Shown here one piece after another: positions 28,501-39,189 of a stretch of 64,000 bases of DNA; the first letter of the stretch is position 1, and each line of letters starts with the position of its first letter. A program made the position numbers and the translations under genes. Under the pieces are notes generated by a model. It saw only the letters and a list, made by a program, of their open reading frames with translations, was not told the origin of the DNA and ran no database searches. The stretch spans positions 25,110,001-25,174,000 of the forward strand of contig NC_092674.1 of the NCBI RefSeq assembly GCF_964355755.1, given 5' to 3'. Origin of the DNA: Antedon mediterranea (Eukaryota > Animalia > Echinodermata).

Positions 28501-30300
28501 GTCGTTACATTATGACTTTGACGCATGTTTTAATTATTGATTTATATATTGTTATGAATTAGTAAAGTAAAGCAGTGTTCTAAGAATCTGTTGTTACATC
28601 AACAGTGTTTTATTCAAAGCATTAAGAATATCGTACTTGATTAGATTACGTTAATAGATATGCTAATATCAAAGCCAGAAGCAATTTATAGACCTATTTA
28701 TTCTAAACAAATAGTGACGGATTGTTTTTTCCTTCATAATAATATTAATATTCAGAAATCAAACAAAATGGAAATAAGCTTCTTAACTTTGTTGGGCTAT
28801 ATTCTGGAAAATCGTATTTTAAAAATATAATAAAATTACGAGAGCAGCTTGGTTCACACGCACAAAGTTAATCGTGAATAGAACAGATTCACGCTGAATG
28901 ATCCGAAACATCCAATGCCAGTGTACCTCGTATGGTAACTCTCTTGTAGACCTACCTCAGTGTCATTAACTCCCCATATTTTTCACACCAGACTTTCTGT
29001 AGTCTGCTCGTATTCGTACACCTTCGTTCATATATAGCTTGGTTCTCTCTAGGACGCACAACAAAGACGTAAGCCCAATGTAGGGCGGCGCACACTGAAT
29101 TTACACGCGAGGCGACACGCGTCATATTGAACAGTTATTTTGATGCGACAAACGATTTCAGTGTGAACATCAAATAGAATGTGACGTGTAGGTGTCAGTC
29201 GATTTTTAACTTAAATGCGATGAATGATGAATTCGGAGCTCAAGGAGGGTTGAGTTGCTTTAACTTTTTCAAGCTTTGCGCAACATGAAACTTCCATTTG
29301 ACGATCAGTGTGCAACGCTAGTCGTTGGTCAACTCTTTTGCGTCCTCTTGGTATCGCGTCAGTGACGAAATAAGCGCAAATAGACAGGTAGCGCAATTAT
29401 GTGCTAAATGTTAATTAATGTAGTACTACTTTTTGTGAACCGTACTTATTTGTCTGGACATGGTAATGTGTTTACTTTACATTCATTGTTTTCTTTAAAT
29501 TACAGTCAATTTGCGCGAACAATGCCGTATAATTTGATTTTCAATCGATGAAATACAGACACATGTTAGTACATAATATGAGCACAAATGCATTTATCTC
29601 AGTTTTCAACACATACTTTGTCAATATTGTTTATGTATTCTGTTTATTTATTCATAATGCAAGTCGGTTATCTGTCTGCCTTTGAAATTAGTCTGCCTTG
29701 AAAATTTGTCTATGCAAAGCTCATTGGCTTAATTCGAAAAACTCGTCAGACTCGACTAAATTTGCATAAGTCAATGAACTTGTTTTGTGGAGTCGGATAT
29801 TAGCATTACATAAAAGTGTGTTGTCATTGTTTCATTATTATTAACAAAATGAAATTGTTTTGAAACTAGCTATGTAAGTCTTGTGTCACCATCGGTAAAT
29901 TGACAAATCGCTATTGACAATATGCCTAAACAAATTGAGCAAACTAGACTAGAGTAGCGAGTTCTTGAGCAGAGTGAACACACTTCCCCCACAACATAAC
30001 CCTTTTCAATCCACATCTTCTCTAGGCCTACTGTTACCTTTCCCTCGTCAACCATAAAGCTTTAGCATGCTACCAGACAGGCAGAGTTTTCTACTCTGAA
30101 TATATCAAGTTTGAAGATACAACCAAAGGAAAAAAAATACATTTATTAATCTTCCCTGATAAAAAGAAAGCCATTACCTTTATCCGTACGGTTGGAGAAC
30201 CGTTTAAATGTGCCGCCCATTCTGGTGGTGTGTACGGAAGTAGCGTGGCGGGATTTTCTTTCCATCTGAACATATTATTTGCTTCGCCATTTTTTTCCAT
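849..30300 (-). CDS. Spliced gene, 9 coding exons, 417 aa: PLP-dependent D-cysteine desulfhydrase/ACC-deaminase family protein (divergent)
   Basis: Exons 30178-30300, 25030-25143, 18556-18714, 17057-17193, 12080-12179, 8039-8139, 6924-7090, 4018-4158 and 849-1060 total 1254 nt in one open frame with GT-AG introns and matching phases. Motifs: TPIH, IKRDD-TG-GNK/VRKLEFLLAEA, TCG-SNHCR, GN-LL-RLVGA, GYG, LDPTYTGKA, FIHTGGIFGL. Confidence 0.95.
3447..3760. mobile_element. Degenerate TIR element, family D
   Basis: Ends TTTCCA..GGC(G/A)AATTT.TTCGCG.GAATC are inverted. Relative at 32652-32783. Confidence 0.55.
3819..3963. mobile_element. Harbinger/Tourist-like MITE family A copy
   Basis: TIR consensus AGCTCTGTCTACACTATCAAACT, TWA flanks, internal CACTACCATATTTGGGCATAT units. 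About 12 copies or fragments in the window. Confidence 0.85.
4018..4158 (-). CDS. DCD-like exon 8 (FIRKVATTTGILLDPTYTGKAASGLSHDLTYDRSKFKGNRILFIHT)
   Basis: TTAACAG| acceptor, G|GTTAGT donor, 141 nt, DPxYTGK and HTG motifs. Confidence 0.95.
4266..4493. mobile_element. P-superfamily-like non-autonomous element family B (CAAGG...CCTTG)
   Basis: TIR consensus CAAGG(A/C)AATCTAACAACAGGA. Flanks AGTTTATC/TTTTTATC. Homologous copies at 7803-7995, 20974-21146 and 37445-37783. Confidence 0.7.
6924..7090 (-). CDS. DCD-like exon 7 (IHAYAVCYDAKTFHSHINSTLDILGLGDTIQSEDIINIIEGYQGDGYGLSTPHEI)
   Basis: GGCAG| acceptor, G|GTAGG donor, 167 nt. Lies within ORF 6772-7173. Confidence 0.94.
7803..7995. mobile_element. 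Family B copy
   Basis: CAAGGCAATCTAAC...GTTAGATTGCCGTG, with 7-bp flanks GGTGAAT/GTTGAAT. Confidence 0.75.
8039..8139 (-). CDS. DCD-like exon 6 (GIQERFDDIIVTIATGENAAGLAIGNYLTGSKL)
   Basis: TAAAG| acceptor, AA|GTAAGT donor, 101 nt. Matches the FDDIVV...AGLAIGNYLTGSKLK segment. Confidence 0.93.
8236..8357. mobile_element. MITE family A copy (internally deleted)
   Basis: Same TIRs and core as the other copies. Confidence 0.8.
8552..8730. mobile_element. MITE family A copy
   Basis: AGCTCTGTTTACACTATCAAAC...GTTTGATAGTGTAGACAGAGCT. Confidence 0.88.
9231..9445 (-). mobile_element. CR1/L2-group LINE 3' end
   Basis: KIWNNLP-TEMKYSLTISLFKA (WNxLP...FK motif, one frameshift), followed by a UTR and a (TAAA)n tail. 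Confidence 0.65.
11563..11867 (-). mobile_element. 5S rRNA-derived SINE (SINE3 type) with 13-bp TSD
   Basis: 11769-11867 is the reverse complement of a 5'-clipped 5S rRNA (ACCACGTT..CACCGGTTCTCGTCAGATCACCG..TGGGAATACCGGGTGCTG), followed by a 200-bp body and a 3' stem-loop. TAAAATATGCTCT occurs at both 11550-11562 and 11868-11880. Confidence 0.88.
12080..12179 (-). CDS. DCD-like exon 5 (EIRKIKSYLIPVGKPSTIAVQGYLWAWQELLDQ)
   Basis: TTCTATTAG| acceptor, CAA|GTGAGA donor, 100 nt. Matches the YxIPxG...GY...EL segment. Confidence 0.92.
17057..17193 (-). CDS. DCD-like exon 4 (NPEDIVPRGNVLLNRLVGAQQYLIPNEANLDTEIVPRMQILAKQL)
   Basis: TTTGTAG| acceptor, AG|GTACGG donor, 137 nt, phase 2, GN-LL-RLVGA motif. 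Confidence 0.93.
18556..18714 (-). CDS. DCD-like exon 3 (VRKLEFLLAEAVEMKCNAVITCGAVLSNHCRTTAVAAGILGLEAHLLLRSKMK)
   Basis: TCATAG| acceptor, AAG|GTAAGT donor, 159 nt. Confidence 0.95.
19473..19514. repeat. (AT)n microsatellite
   Basis: Direct reading. Confidence 0.95.
20974..21146. mobile_element. Family B copy (degenerate)
   Basis: Shared core GCCTTGCCAAGATAGGAACTCGTAACAGTCC...GGAACTGATCGTGTCGCAGCC. Confidence 0.75.
22266..22440. repeat. Minisatellite, 19-bp unit CGGTAAACCGACCAAAGAA, about 9 copies
   Basis: Exact 19-bp periodicity (22266, 22285, 22304...). Confidence 0.93.
24619..24776. mobile_element. Palindromic Harbinger-like MITE family C with TTA TSD
   Basis: TTA|AGCTTGGTTCCCACTA...TAGTGGGAACCAAGCT|TTA. 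Degenerate relatives near 7680-7790, 29037-29070 and 32784-33310. Confidence 0.85.
25030..25143 (-). CDS. DCD-like exon 2 (LFQPMTPIHLWKIPGIPEDVELYIKRDDMTGAAMTGNK), ends with the PLP-binding Lys
   Basis: TTTATAG| acceptor, AAG|GTTAG donor, 114 nt, KRDD...GNK motif. Confidence 0.95.
25205..25540. repeat. Degenerate (CAT)n microsatellite region
   Basis: Direct reading. Source of the poly-His, poly-Ile and poly-Asp spurious ORFs. Confidence 0.85.
25904..26291. repeat. Minisatellite, about 56-bp unit, 7 copies
   Basis: CTCAGATATACCTGAGTTTTCTAGAACTCAGATTTCAAGATCTAGGAAACACAGAT. Confidence 0.93.
30178..30300 (-). CDS. DCD-like coding exon 1 (MEKNGEANNMFRWKENPATLLPYTPPEWAAHLNGSPTVRIK)
   Basis: ATG at 30300, donor AAG|GTAATG, phase 0. 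The YxPPxWAxxL N-terminal motif is typical of eukaryotic DCD-like proteins. Confidence 0.88.
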
Positions 30301-31008
30301 CGTCTTATTCACAAAGCAAATCTGTAAAACGCAAACGCACGTTTTAATAACCCTTTTTCCTACTGTGCTCTCTCAAACTCAATACGATTATAAATAAGCT
30401 TGCGTGACTTATCATCATCTACGATATCGTTGTGCGCATGCGCTTGAATACAATCTGCATGTTGATCGGCATGGATTACCGTATTCGAATAAACGACCAA
30501 AACCACCCCCACCACCTTTTTGAATAAACGCCTCTCTCCCTTTGAATAAACGCCTACCTCCCTACTCTGAACTCCCTGTTTCTGACATTGTTATACTTAA
30601 CTATCTATTTCTCACAGTAATTGTAAACGACTGTTGTAATACAACTACTTTTCTTTAAACCTGTTATTGATCTTTTGCATTTAATGTTAGTAAATTTATA
30701 GAACTGATTGAAGGATACGATTTCCATACATACCGTACTACATACCGGTTTATAGGTATTATATAATGCAAGTTCGTTCTCGTTTTTTTATACTTTAAAT
30801 ATATTTAAAAAAAAGCAACAATAACAACAGAAAGGATAATAATAATTTATTTATTTTATTTTACTGCACCAAATAAGCACAGTGTGTTTACTTAAACTAT
30901 GGCTCTTCAAGAGTAATGTTGAATCAGTATTTCTATATGGATCAGAAAGTTGGATCATTACAAAGGAACTTGATAAAGCAATTGATAGCAGTTACTACTA
31001 CTACTATA

Positions 31009-31291
31009 GGAATAAAATGGCAATCAAGAATCAGTAACGAAGTACTATGGCACTTTGGCCATACCAACAAGAAACAATACGAAGAAGACTGACATTTGCA
31101 ATAAAGAAGAAATCATTGCAGATGTTCTGATGGGGCTTGCAAAAAATGGAAGACCAGCACTCACATACATTGATATAGATGGATAGGCCTACTGGTATGT
31201 AGAGAGAGGAACTGGCTGTCACAATGGCATATAGGAAGTTATGGAGAAATCTGGTCATATAAGTTCGGGTATGCCCCGGACTATAGTAAGT
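31009..31291 (+). mobile_element. 5'-truncated RTE-clade LINE, degenerate ORF C-terminus
   Basis: Frameshifted translation gives GIKWQSRISNEVL..ETIRRRLTFA..KEEIIADVL..GRPALTYID..DTG..EELAVTMA.RKLWRNLV, typical of the RTE ORF end. Confidence 0.75.
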
Positions 31292-32803
31292 GTTTACTTG
31301 GATTAGCGATTAAACATGATTGCGTTGAGCGCAGCCAGTGTACGAGTTCATCCATCAATCACTATCTTTTTAGATATTTCTATAGTGTTGTCCACGCAAT
31401 TTCTTCACCTAACCTATCACTTAATCCTAATGTGCAATAGGCCTACGTTCGAATTGAGGGATCTAAATAGGCAAAAATATGTATGATAACACACAAGCTC
31501 TCATTGAGGTACATTCACATCCGTTTGGCGGATTGGAAGACTGCGCCGTTAAATTTGGTTTTCCATTAATTAACAAGATAAATCCGTCTTCCGTGTGAAA
31601 GCAGCTTAACGCTGTAAATCATTATACATTCTATTGTTTGGCTTCAAGTTATGTGTGAACTGAGGTTTACTGCGTTTTTATTATTAATATGAACCATCTG
31701 TCATTTTAAATAATATTCAAAATCATTTCTTATTATTAACAATCTCTCATAATAAATTTATATTGATTCTTGAAACAAGCTACGTACAGATTCAATTTAT
31801 ACACTTTTGGCTTTTATATACATTTTAATGGAAAACCAAGTAATTTTGTATTATTTGAAATATGATATTAAGCATATATTGTGCATTCAAGTAGTAAGGT
31901 GGATTGATAATAATCGAATGTATATAATATTGATTATTGGCTCTAAAACCAAAACTATCATTATTAAGAGTTGGCTTATTTATTACAAGAGAAAATTATT
32001 ATTAATTACATCAGATATTTTGTGTGAGAAAATGCAAACACTTTTTAGGATCATTGTTCGATATATGAAGCCTGCTTACACCCATACACCCCAACCCCCA
32101 AATAATCATCTCCAATAGTAGCTATACAGGCATGCAGCAGATTAGTGCAAAAATATCATTATGTACTATTTTATATTACATAGCCTGACGTTGCATTACA
32201 TTAAAATTGCAATATTCTTCATAATCAACCTGGGGCATATGTAAGAAGTGGTTGTGAATAGAAGCATTGATGTGCTTTCGGGAAGAAGAATAATACTGTA
32301 ATAACAAAATACTGCTGAGATGAGAAATTTGAGATTAACATCCACGAGCATACCTCCCAACCCAATCATTTGAAATTCATATTATTATTTTCTATTTCTC
32401 TACTTCACAAGTATACGCTTTGAAATAACATACATGTTTGTGTATCGTGCGTTATGCAAATACGTCATGTACATTGAAGAATTGTGGGACTTCCGGCAAA
32501 ATATTAAAACACTTTACATTTAATATTAACAATGATAGACACGGTGCAATTAGTGCAGAGGTGGGTACACTTCCTGTAAATTAGAAACAGTCAATTTAAA
32601 GTTATATTGGATTCACACTGCCCAAATTGAAACGGTTTCGTGGAACTTAAAGCCGATTTTCCACTTGGCGAATTTGTTTGCGCGAATCGAAAGCGTCAAC
32701 TTATACGCATGCGTATTCATGTTTCCATCTTCCATATCTCTCTCTACGCATGCGTATAAGCTGAAACTTTCGATTCGCGTGAAAGTTTGGTTCCCACTAG
32801 GAC

Positions 32804-33125
32804 CAAAGAACTTATAACACAAGAATCTCCTGTTCTTCAATTTGCATTCAAAACACAGTATCGGAAGTACAGGGTTAAAAGGTCAAACTGAGCGACGCCA
32901 TTTCACAGCATGGAGCAGCGCCCCCTCCAAACTAGGAAGTCAATTACTCTACCCCCTAGAGTATTAGCAGATCCCCTCTATGATTTTGACTTTCTAATTT
33001 GATGCGGGCGCCCTACTCCATGGCTCACAATGGCGCCACCCATAGCTCTATTCTATCCCACAATGCCTTTCGAAATTGTTACGCGCTTCGGACGAACAGG
33101 AGATTCTTGTGTTATAAGTTCTTTG
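32804..33125. mobile_element. P-superfamily-like foldback MITE: 32-bp perfect TIRs, 7-bp TSD, nested in a family C MITE
   Basis: TIR CAAAGAACTTATAACACAAGAATCTCCTGTTC. TSD CTAGGAC at 32797-32803 and 33126-33132. The interior is also partly palindromic. Confidence 0.85.
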
Positions 33126-33878
33126 CTAGGACGCAATGCACGGACTTATAAGCGCGCCGCAAGTAATGCGCGCGATGGTGGATCATCCAAAGTGCCGACG
33201 ACCGCTTGTGATTGGTCAACTCACTTGCTATGCACGCTGCGTCTATATGGGAAAGGGGAGAACGCACGCGCAAAGTATTTTACCAATTACAAGCGATGGA
33301 TAATCTTCAATACCGCTAATAATAAAATTACTTGCACGTTATTTAGCCCTGATAAAGTGTTTTCATAAAGCTTGAAATTTCCTAGCTTAAATTTGAACAG
33401 CTTTTGTAGTTTAATTCTCAAGAGTCATTATTTGCATTATTTTAGTATTTGCCCTTGGTAATATTATTGAATTTATATTCATCATAGTACATAAACCATT
33501 TAAGGCTACCTGAGATGAATTCAAGAAAATGTATTTAACAAAACATGAGTGAGCCAACGTTGAATGTCAAGCCGTAAGTGATCAAAATAAATAGAAAAAC
33601 ATTAACATTAGATTGTGCAGACACAAGCCTTAACCTTGATTCTCATATTTAAATGGTAAATACAATGTAAATGATACGTAAATGAAGCGTACAGATGTAC
33701 CTCATATTGCTTACAGGGATACATTAATTGTCATATAGCTACACACAGCTAGTAATTATACATGTTAAACTGAGGCTTTTAGACAAAATCGAATGAAGGA
33801 CACGGTTCGTTTGTTTGAATTGCTAGAAATACTTACATTTGTAATAGATTGTGCATACAGAATGCAAACATTGTGTTA

Positions 33879-34175
33879 AGCTCTGTCTACACCATCAAAA
33901 TACTTTGACGAAAGTTGGTAGTGATATGCTCAAATATGGTAGTGATATGACATCATCATGTCCATGTATGGGCACATAACATTTTGTTGTCAGACAGAGC
34001 TTTAGACTGCTCAGTCGAATTTGTCTTCGATGTTTGGTTTAGGCTATTGGGTTTAGTCGTCTACACTATCAAACTTTATGTGTCAAAAAATGTGATGTGC
34101 CCATATAAGGACATGATGGTGTCATATCAATACCATATTTTAGCATATCACTACCATGTATGGGCACATCAAACT
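33879..34175. mobile_element. Two adjacent MITE family A copies (33879-34001 with TTA TSD; 34059-34175 partial)
   Basis: Same TIRs and core. Confidence 0.8.
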
Positions 34176-35449
34176 CTCTGGTCGCTATGCTGGTTATATT
34201 CTTCATCGTTCTATTCATCTTGTGTCCAGACGTTATACATATAACCGATAATGCAATACGCTTAATCGGTTTCAATTAAAGACCATTCGATTAAATAGAG
34301 TAATTAAAACTAATTCTAACTAATAAAATTAACCATGTCCAGACAATGAATGACATATAATTACGCCGCGTAATGAATAATAGTATAAAATAGCCTACAT
34401 TGTAAACGTGTACCAATTGTTCATCACTGTTGATCAGGTGGATCAGCGTATGCGCACTATCGGTAATGCAAAATAAAGTAAGAATGAATTTAACTTCTTT
34501 TCGTTACTTTCACCCGATTATGTAGACTTGCCCCTTTCGGGGCTTTTAGATTTTTGTCCGAAAATACGATCTCATGTATTATACGTATGAAACGCCATAT
34601 GTGCCAAAATATATGAAGCTGTCATTATGTATTAAAAGTATTTAATAATACAAAAGTTCGTTTTTAGATGACTGTCACTAGTCAGTTAAGGTCTACCTAA
34701 TGACACCTGCAGAGTCGGGTGCTTTGCATTTATGAGAATAGACGAAACGGCTTAATATAGGCCTACGTCTATAATAATTATTGCTAATTCGGACATAAAT
34801 TGAAAATTCAATTGTTCTAATGAATTTACTCCTTTTTAGTGTCATGATTCAGTTGTGAAAATAGAGCACATGTGCCTCAATTGTTGTTCTAACCAACATG
34901 TACTGTATTTATGTCAAGTAAGTAGGCCTACTTTGCTACTTAAGAAGTCAGTAATCAATCTTTCAAAAGGCATCTCATCTTAACCACTAGTCCTACTTAT
35001 GCCAAAGTAGTCGTTGAAATCCATCAACAACTATAGCCAAAGAAACTGTAAGTCACTAAAATTCACTGAACAGCTCCATTTTTCTATAGCTATTTGTAAC
35101 GTATCAACTTCACAATTGGTGGTGGATCTAGGATTTTGAAGGGATGATCAGGTGGGTGCGTGAGAGGTGGAGGTGGGGGCCGGGGCATCAATAGAACATG
35201 AAGTGTTTTAATTAACCTAAACCACCAATGATTCATTCCATTAATTACCTTCTATAAATAAACATCTAATACGTTAGTCTATTGGCTCGAGTTGACTTAA
35301 TATTCTTACTCTTTCATGGAATAATTAATTTTAGAAATGATAACGTTATACAATATGAACGTATATCAAACCAAGTGCCCCTTGTTCACATTGTTGGTGG
35401 ATCGGTGAGTTGTATGCACCTTTAACAGACCATCGTTGTTTTAGATAAA

Positions 35450-35840
35450 ATGTAAATGTGGGGGAGAGGGGGGGGGGGGGAGAGAATAACCTGCGACTTG
35501 CAGCCTACAGAATTGCGCATGGTGTGGACGACACAAACCACAGCGTTCGATTCCCCTAAGGGTCCCTTCGTGTCGAGTGCTGCAAACATACGGCGCCCGT
35601 CCGTCCACAATGACAGATAAGATAAGAGGCTGAATCGACCAGTACGGGGTAACCTTCTACTTTTCCGAAAGTTGTTCTTTCTCTGGATTCTTTAAAGTGC
35701 GAACGGGCCAGATGTGTCCTTATTCGAGAAGACTTTCTGTCATCAGAACAATGGTCGAGGAGTACTTTGAACCTGTGCCGATTGTATTGTATAACTATGG
35801 TTTGCTGCGCTCCTGCCTTAACCACTCGGCCACTCAACCC
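35450..35840 (-). mobile_element. tRNA-headed SINE with Deu/Nin-like core and (CATTTA)-type tail
   Basis: Head TGGCCGAGTGGTTAAGG (A box) and GGTTCAA (B box-like). Core GTCTTCTCGAATAAGGAC..CACTTTAAAGAATCC..TTTCGGAAAAGTAG..GTTACCCCG. Tail homologous to 63672-63830. Confidence 0.65.
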
Positions 35841-36368
35841 GATATGAATTTAACTTGAAATATCGTTACATTTTAATCGTTGTATTGAGATTACTGGTGG
35901 ACGGCATAGTATATAACTTGAGCTGAAGGATTAAAATCAAAATGTCCGCTGGAATGAAACAATATGCCTACCTAGAGACTTGTGATAAGTCTTTTCTGTA
36001 ATACAAACGACACCAACATGTACAGAAGAATTCTCATTTCGTTTTCCTGTATGATGTAATTCCACGACACAAATTTGATTTCGCATCTCATCTGTCATTC
36101 TACATTATTTACATTGCCACTGTCAATACAGGGATCAAACTCACTGATGTGGCGACTATTTAATACATCTCCTATATCTAGGGATATATGCTTTTTTATG
36201 ATAACTTTGTTGTAATCTGACACGTGCGTTTTCGAATAAAGTAAATTAATTACCATAATTCAATGGTTTTTTCAAGCTGTAACCTATTATGAGAGTCTAC
36301 ATAAATTGCGCACACGCACGACGTACGATCGAATCATGATAATATCACATACCCTTGAATAGGTCTAA

Positions 36369-36512
36369 AGCTCTGTCTAATGCACTATCAAAACTTTATG
36401 TGCCCACATATGGACATGATGATGTCATTACTACATATTTGAGTATATCACTACTATATTTAGGCACATCAAATTTTTTTTGTCAAACTAGTTTGGTATT
36501 GTAGACAGAGCT
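36369..36512. mobile_element. MITE family A copy with TAA TSD
   Basis: TAA|AGCTCTGTC...GACAGAGCT|TAA. Confidence 0.88.
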
Positions 36513-37085
36513 TAATAGCGATATGTGATCACTCCTATGTTTCTTTTTCTTAGGTAGGTGTTGCAATCCGACATGTCAGTTTTCGAATAAAGTAAATTAA
36601 TTACCATTATAATTCAATTGTTTTTCCAAGATGTAACACAAAAGTCTCGCGACTCACAAATGCTTGTCAGATAAGCATTAATTTTGAAGCTGACAGTTTC
36701 TAATAAACAACGTTAAATTTTTTCATAATACATTTTAAAAATATTTGAGAATCGATTTAAATATGAATGTGGAAAAGTGTTTAGTGTCGAAACTTAAGTC
36801 ATGCATGTTGAAATAAACGCGGTTCTCTTTCATTAGCTAACTTTGATAACATAAATGTGTTTTTTTTAGCACATTTTCAGCTACATACATGTCATGGTTG
36901 TTCAGTCACGTGTGTAAACTCAACAAGGTGTGATTGGAAAAACTGAAGCCTGTGCTATGCTGTTAAATGCTACCTCCTTTCTTCGTTTGACAGCCACGCT
37001 GTACATTCTGTTTAATGCTACATCCTTTCTTCGTTATAAACACTTTGGTCTACTACTCTAATCGTTATTTGCGATGACCTATACG

Positions 37086-37464
37086 GACTAGGACCATTGT
37101 CATGCCTGTGCATACGTTGAGTTTCGGGTTTGAAAATGTTTTCAAGTTGTCTGGTCCATGATGTTAGGTCCAGATGACAACCCCGGATTCATGCTATCAA
37201 TGCATTTGTATTTAATCGGAACCTTGTTAGAATTATTTAAGGTGTACCAAGTCAATATAACAACAGGACAGGACTAGGACGATACTCTCATGTTTGTGCA
37301 TGCGTTTGAGTTTCAGGTTTGAACATTTTGTCAAGTTGCCATTTAGGTCGCGATCTAGGTCCAGGTGAAAACCCTGGATTCATGCTATCTTATCATTTGT
37401 ATTTAATCAGAACCTTGTTAGAACTATTTTAGGTGTAGGCCTACCAAATATATAACAACAGAAC
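37086..37464. repeat. Diverged tandem duplication of about 185 bp
   Basis: Units 37086-37269 and 37271-37464 align along their length. Confidence 0.85.
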
Positions 37465-37783
37465 ACTGCGCTCGTTTTGCCAAGATAGGAACTCGTAACA
37501 GTCCTTGATCTTATATCTGCGACAAATACCAACAGTACAATGTACATTTTCTCCGCGGCGCGCGGTGTCTGTTAAGAGGCGTGGAACTGATCGGTTCTGG
37601 TCCGAAATTAATAAAAAACAATATTTTGGCACATATGGCGTTTCATATGTAGAATACACCGAGATCGTATTTTTGGACAAAAATCGAAACGCCGTCTGGT
37701 AGATTAACATAAAAAAGGAAATTGAAATACAGACTTGGGGCAAGTCTAACACAGGTCTCCGGAGCTCAGCATCCTGTTGTTAG
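37445..37783. mobile_element. Family B copy interrupted by a fragment of another repeat (about 37594-37748)
   Basis: The insert is a reverse-complement homolog of 34523-34612, which begins TAGACTTGCCCC. Confidence 0.72.
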
Positions 37784-39189
37784 TGTACGGTCTTCAAGAA
37801 AAATTCGATTGATACGACGTAACTTCGGATAACTGACATAAAATGTAGAATTCACATGTCAAACTTTTCCACACAAATTTGTTAAACTATCTGGACTTAT
37901 TAGTTATGTTCCGATAAGTTTTTTAAAATGTGAAAACATTAATTTACATTGACAGATCCACATTCTTTGTTTATGTTAACATTAGTTAAATTGAAAATGT
38001 GTCAATCTATTGGAAATCTATACGAGCAGATGGTCGTGATCTCAAACCACCTTGTCAGTTTAAATACCACACATTCTAGTCATTCTCAGCACTATTTACA
38101 ACCAATTATTGTAAGCTCTAAACATTTTGTAATTAAAAAACGTGTTTTAATATTTATGGAAGTTCAAAGGCCTTGATAACAAACGGCGAAAGATAATTTA
38201 CATTTTTCAGAAAACAGTTTATCCATTTTGATGAAAATGACATATTCGAATCGAATGACGTCATGATAAAAACAATAAAAAAACAATGATAATATCGTAA
38301 TGTAGTTTTCAAAAATGTCTTCTTTTGTTTATATAATTCAATTCAATAAACTTTATTGTCAAACTCATGAATGGCTTGAAACTTTGGCTGAAAGTACACA
38401 CATTAAAATTGTCTAAAAACAGTAAAAAATAATAAAATCACATAAAACTGAGAACAAGATGTCATATAAAAAGTTAAAAGAGGGCACACAAAATACAAAT
38501 TGAGTTAAAAATACAGCTGAAATACTTATTGCGTTTATCTTTTCCACATTACATTAAAATTTAAGTTGAAAAAGCACATATTTATCTACCTGTCGTTCGA
38601 CATCGACCGTAATAGTTTTTTTTTTAAAATAAATAATAATAATTGTTTTTCAATACAAAAACGTTAGTTATTTAAAAAAAAACTTTCTTTCCAGATGGCC
38701 TACATAGACTAGATTAGGTCCATAAGTATAACCGATTCTCGGTATATCTATAATTTGTCAATATCATACGGTAGACATTATACAGTGCCATATACGTATC
38801 ATTTGACGCCTGTATCCATATGTCATAAACCTGTGTGTGACATAATACCGCCGATACATGTGATACATATTATGTGACACTGTATTACAGAATTCTCCTA
38901 ATTATAATGACATTATGCAGAAACAGTACAGACTTGGAGGATATTATTTTTATGCCTAAAAAAATATTCAGTTTCTTTATATCACACGTTGATAAAATGT
39001 AAAAATCTCGAAATTATGCACAGGTGTCTCAAAAGTGCACATTATAATATTGCGATGCTATTTAAAATATGAAGTTTACGTGAGTCTGGAGAACAATAAT
39101 GTAATAAATGATATATTATGGAATTCCGCACCGACATTCAGAATTCATAATTAATGTTTGCCAACGCACAAATGGCATGTTTTCTCAAA

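Noticed and set aside
849-30300. ACC deaminase call, or bacterial contamination/recent horizontal transfer
   Set aside because: The diagnostic positions are Thr/Thr (DPTYT, HTGG) rather than Glu/Leu. Eight spliceosomal introns filled with host repeats show a resident nuclear gene.
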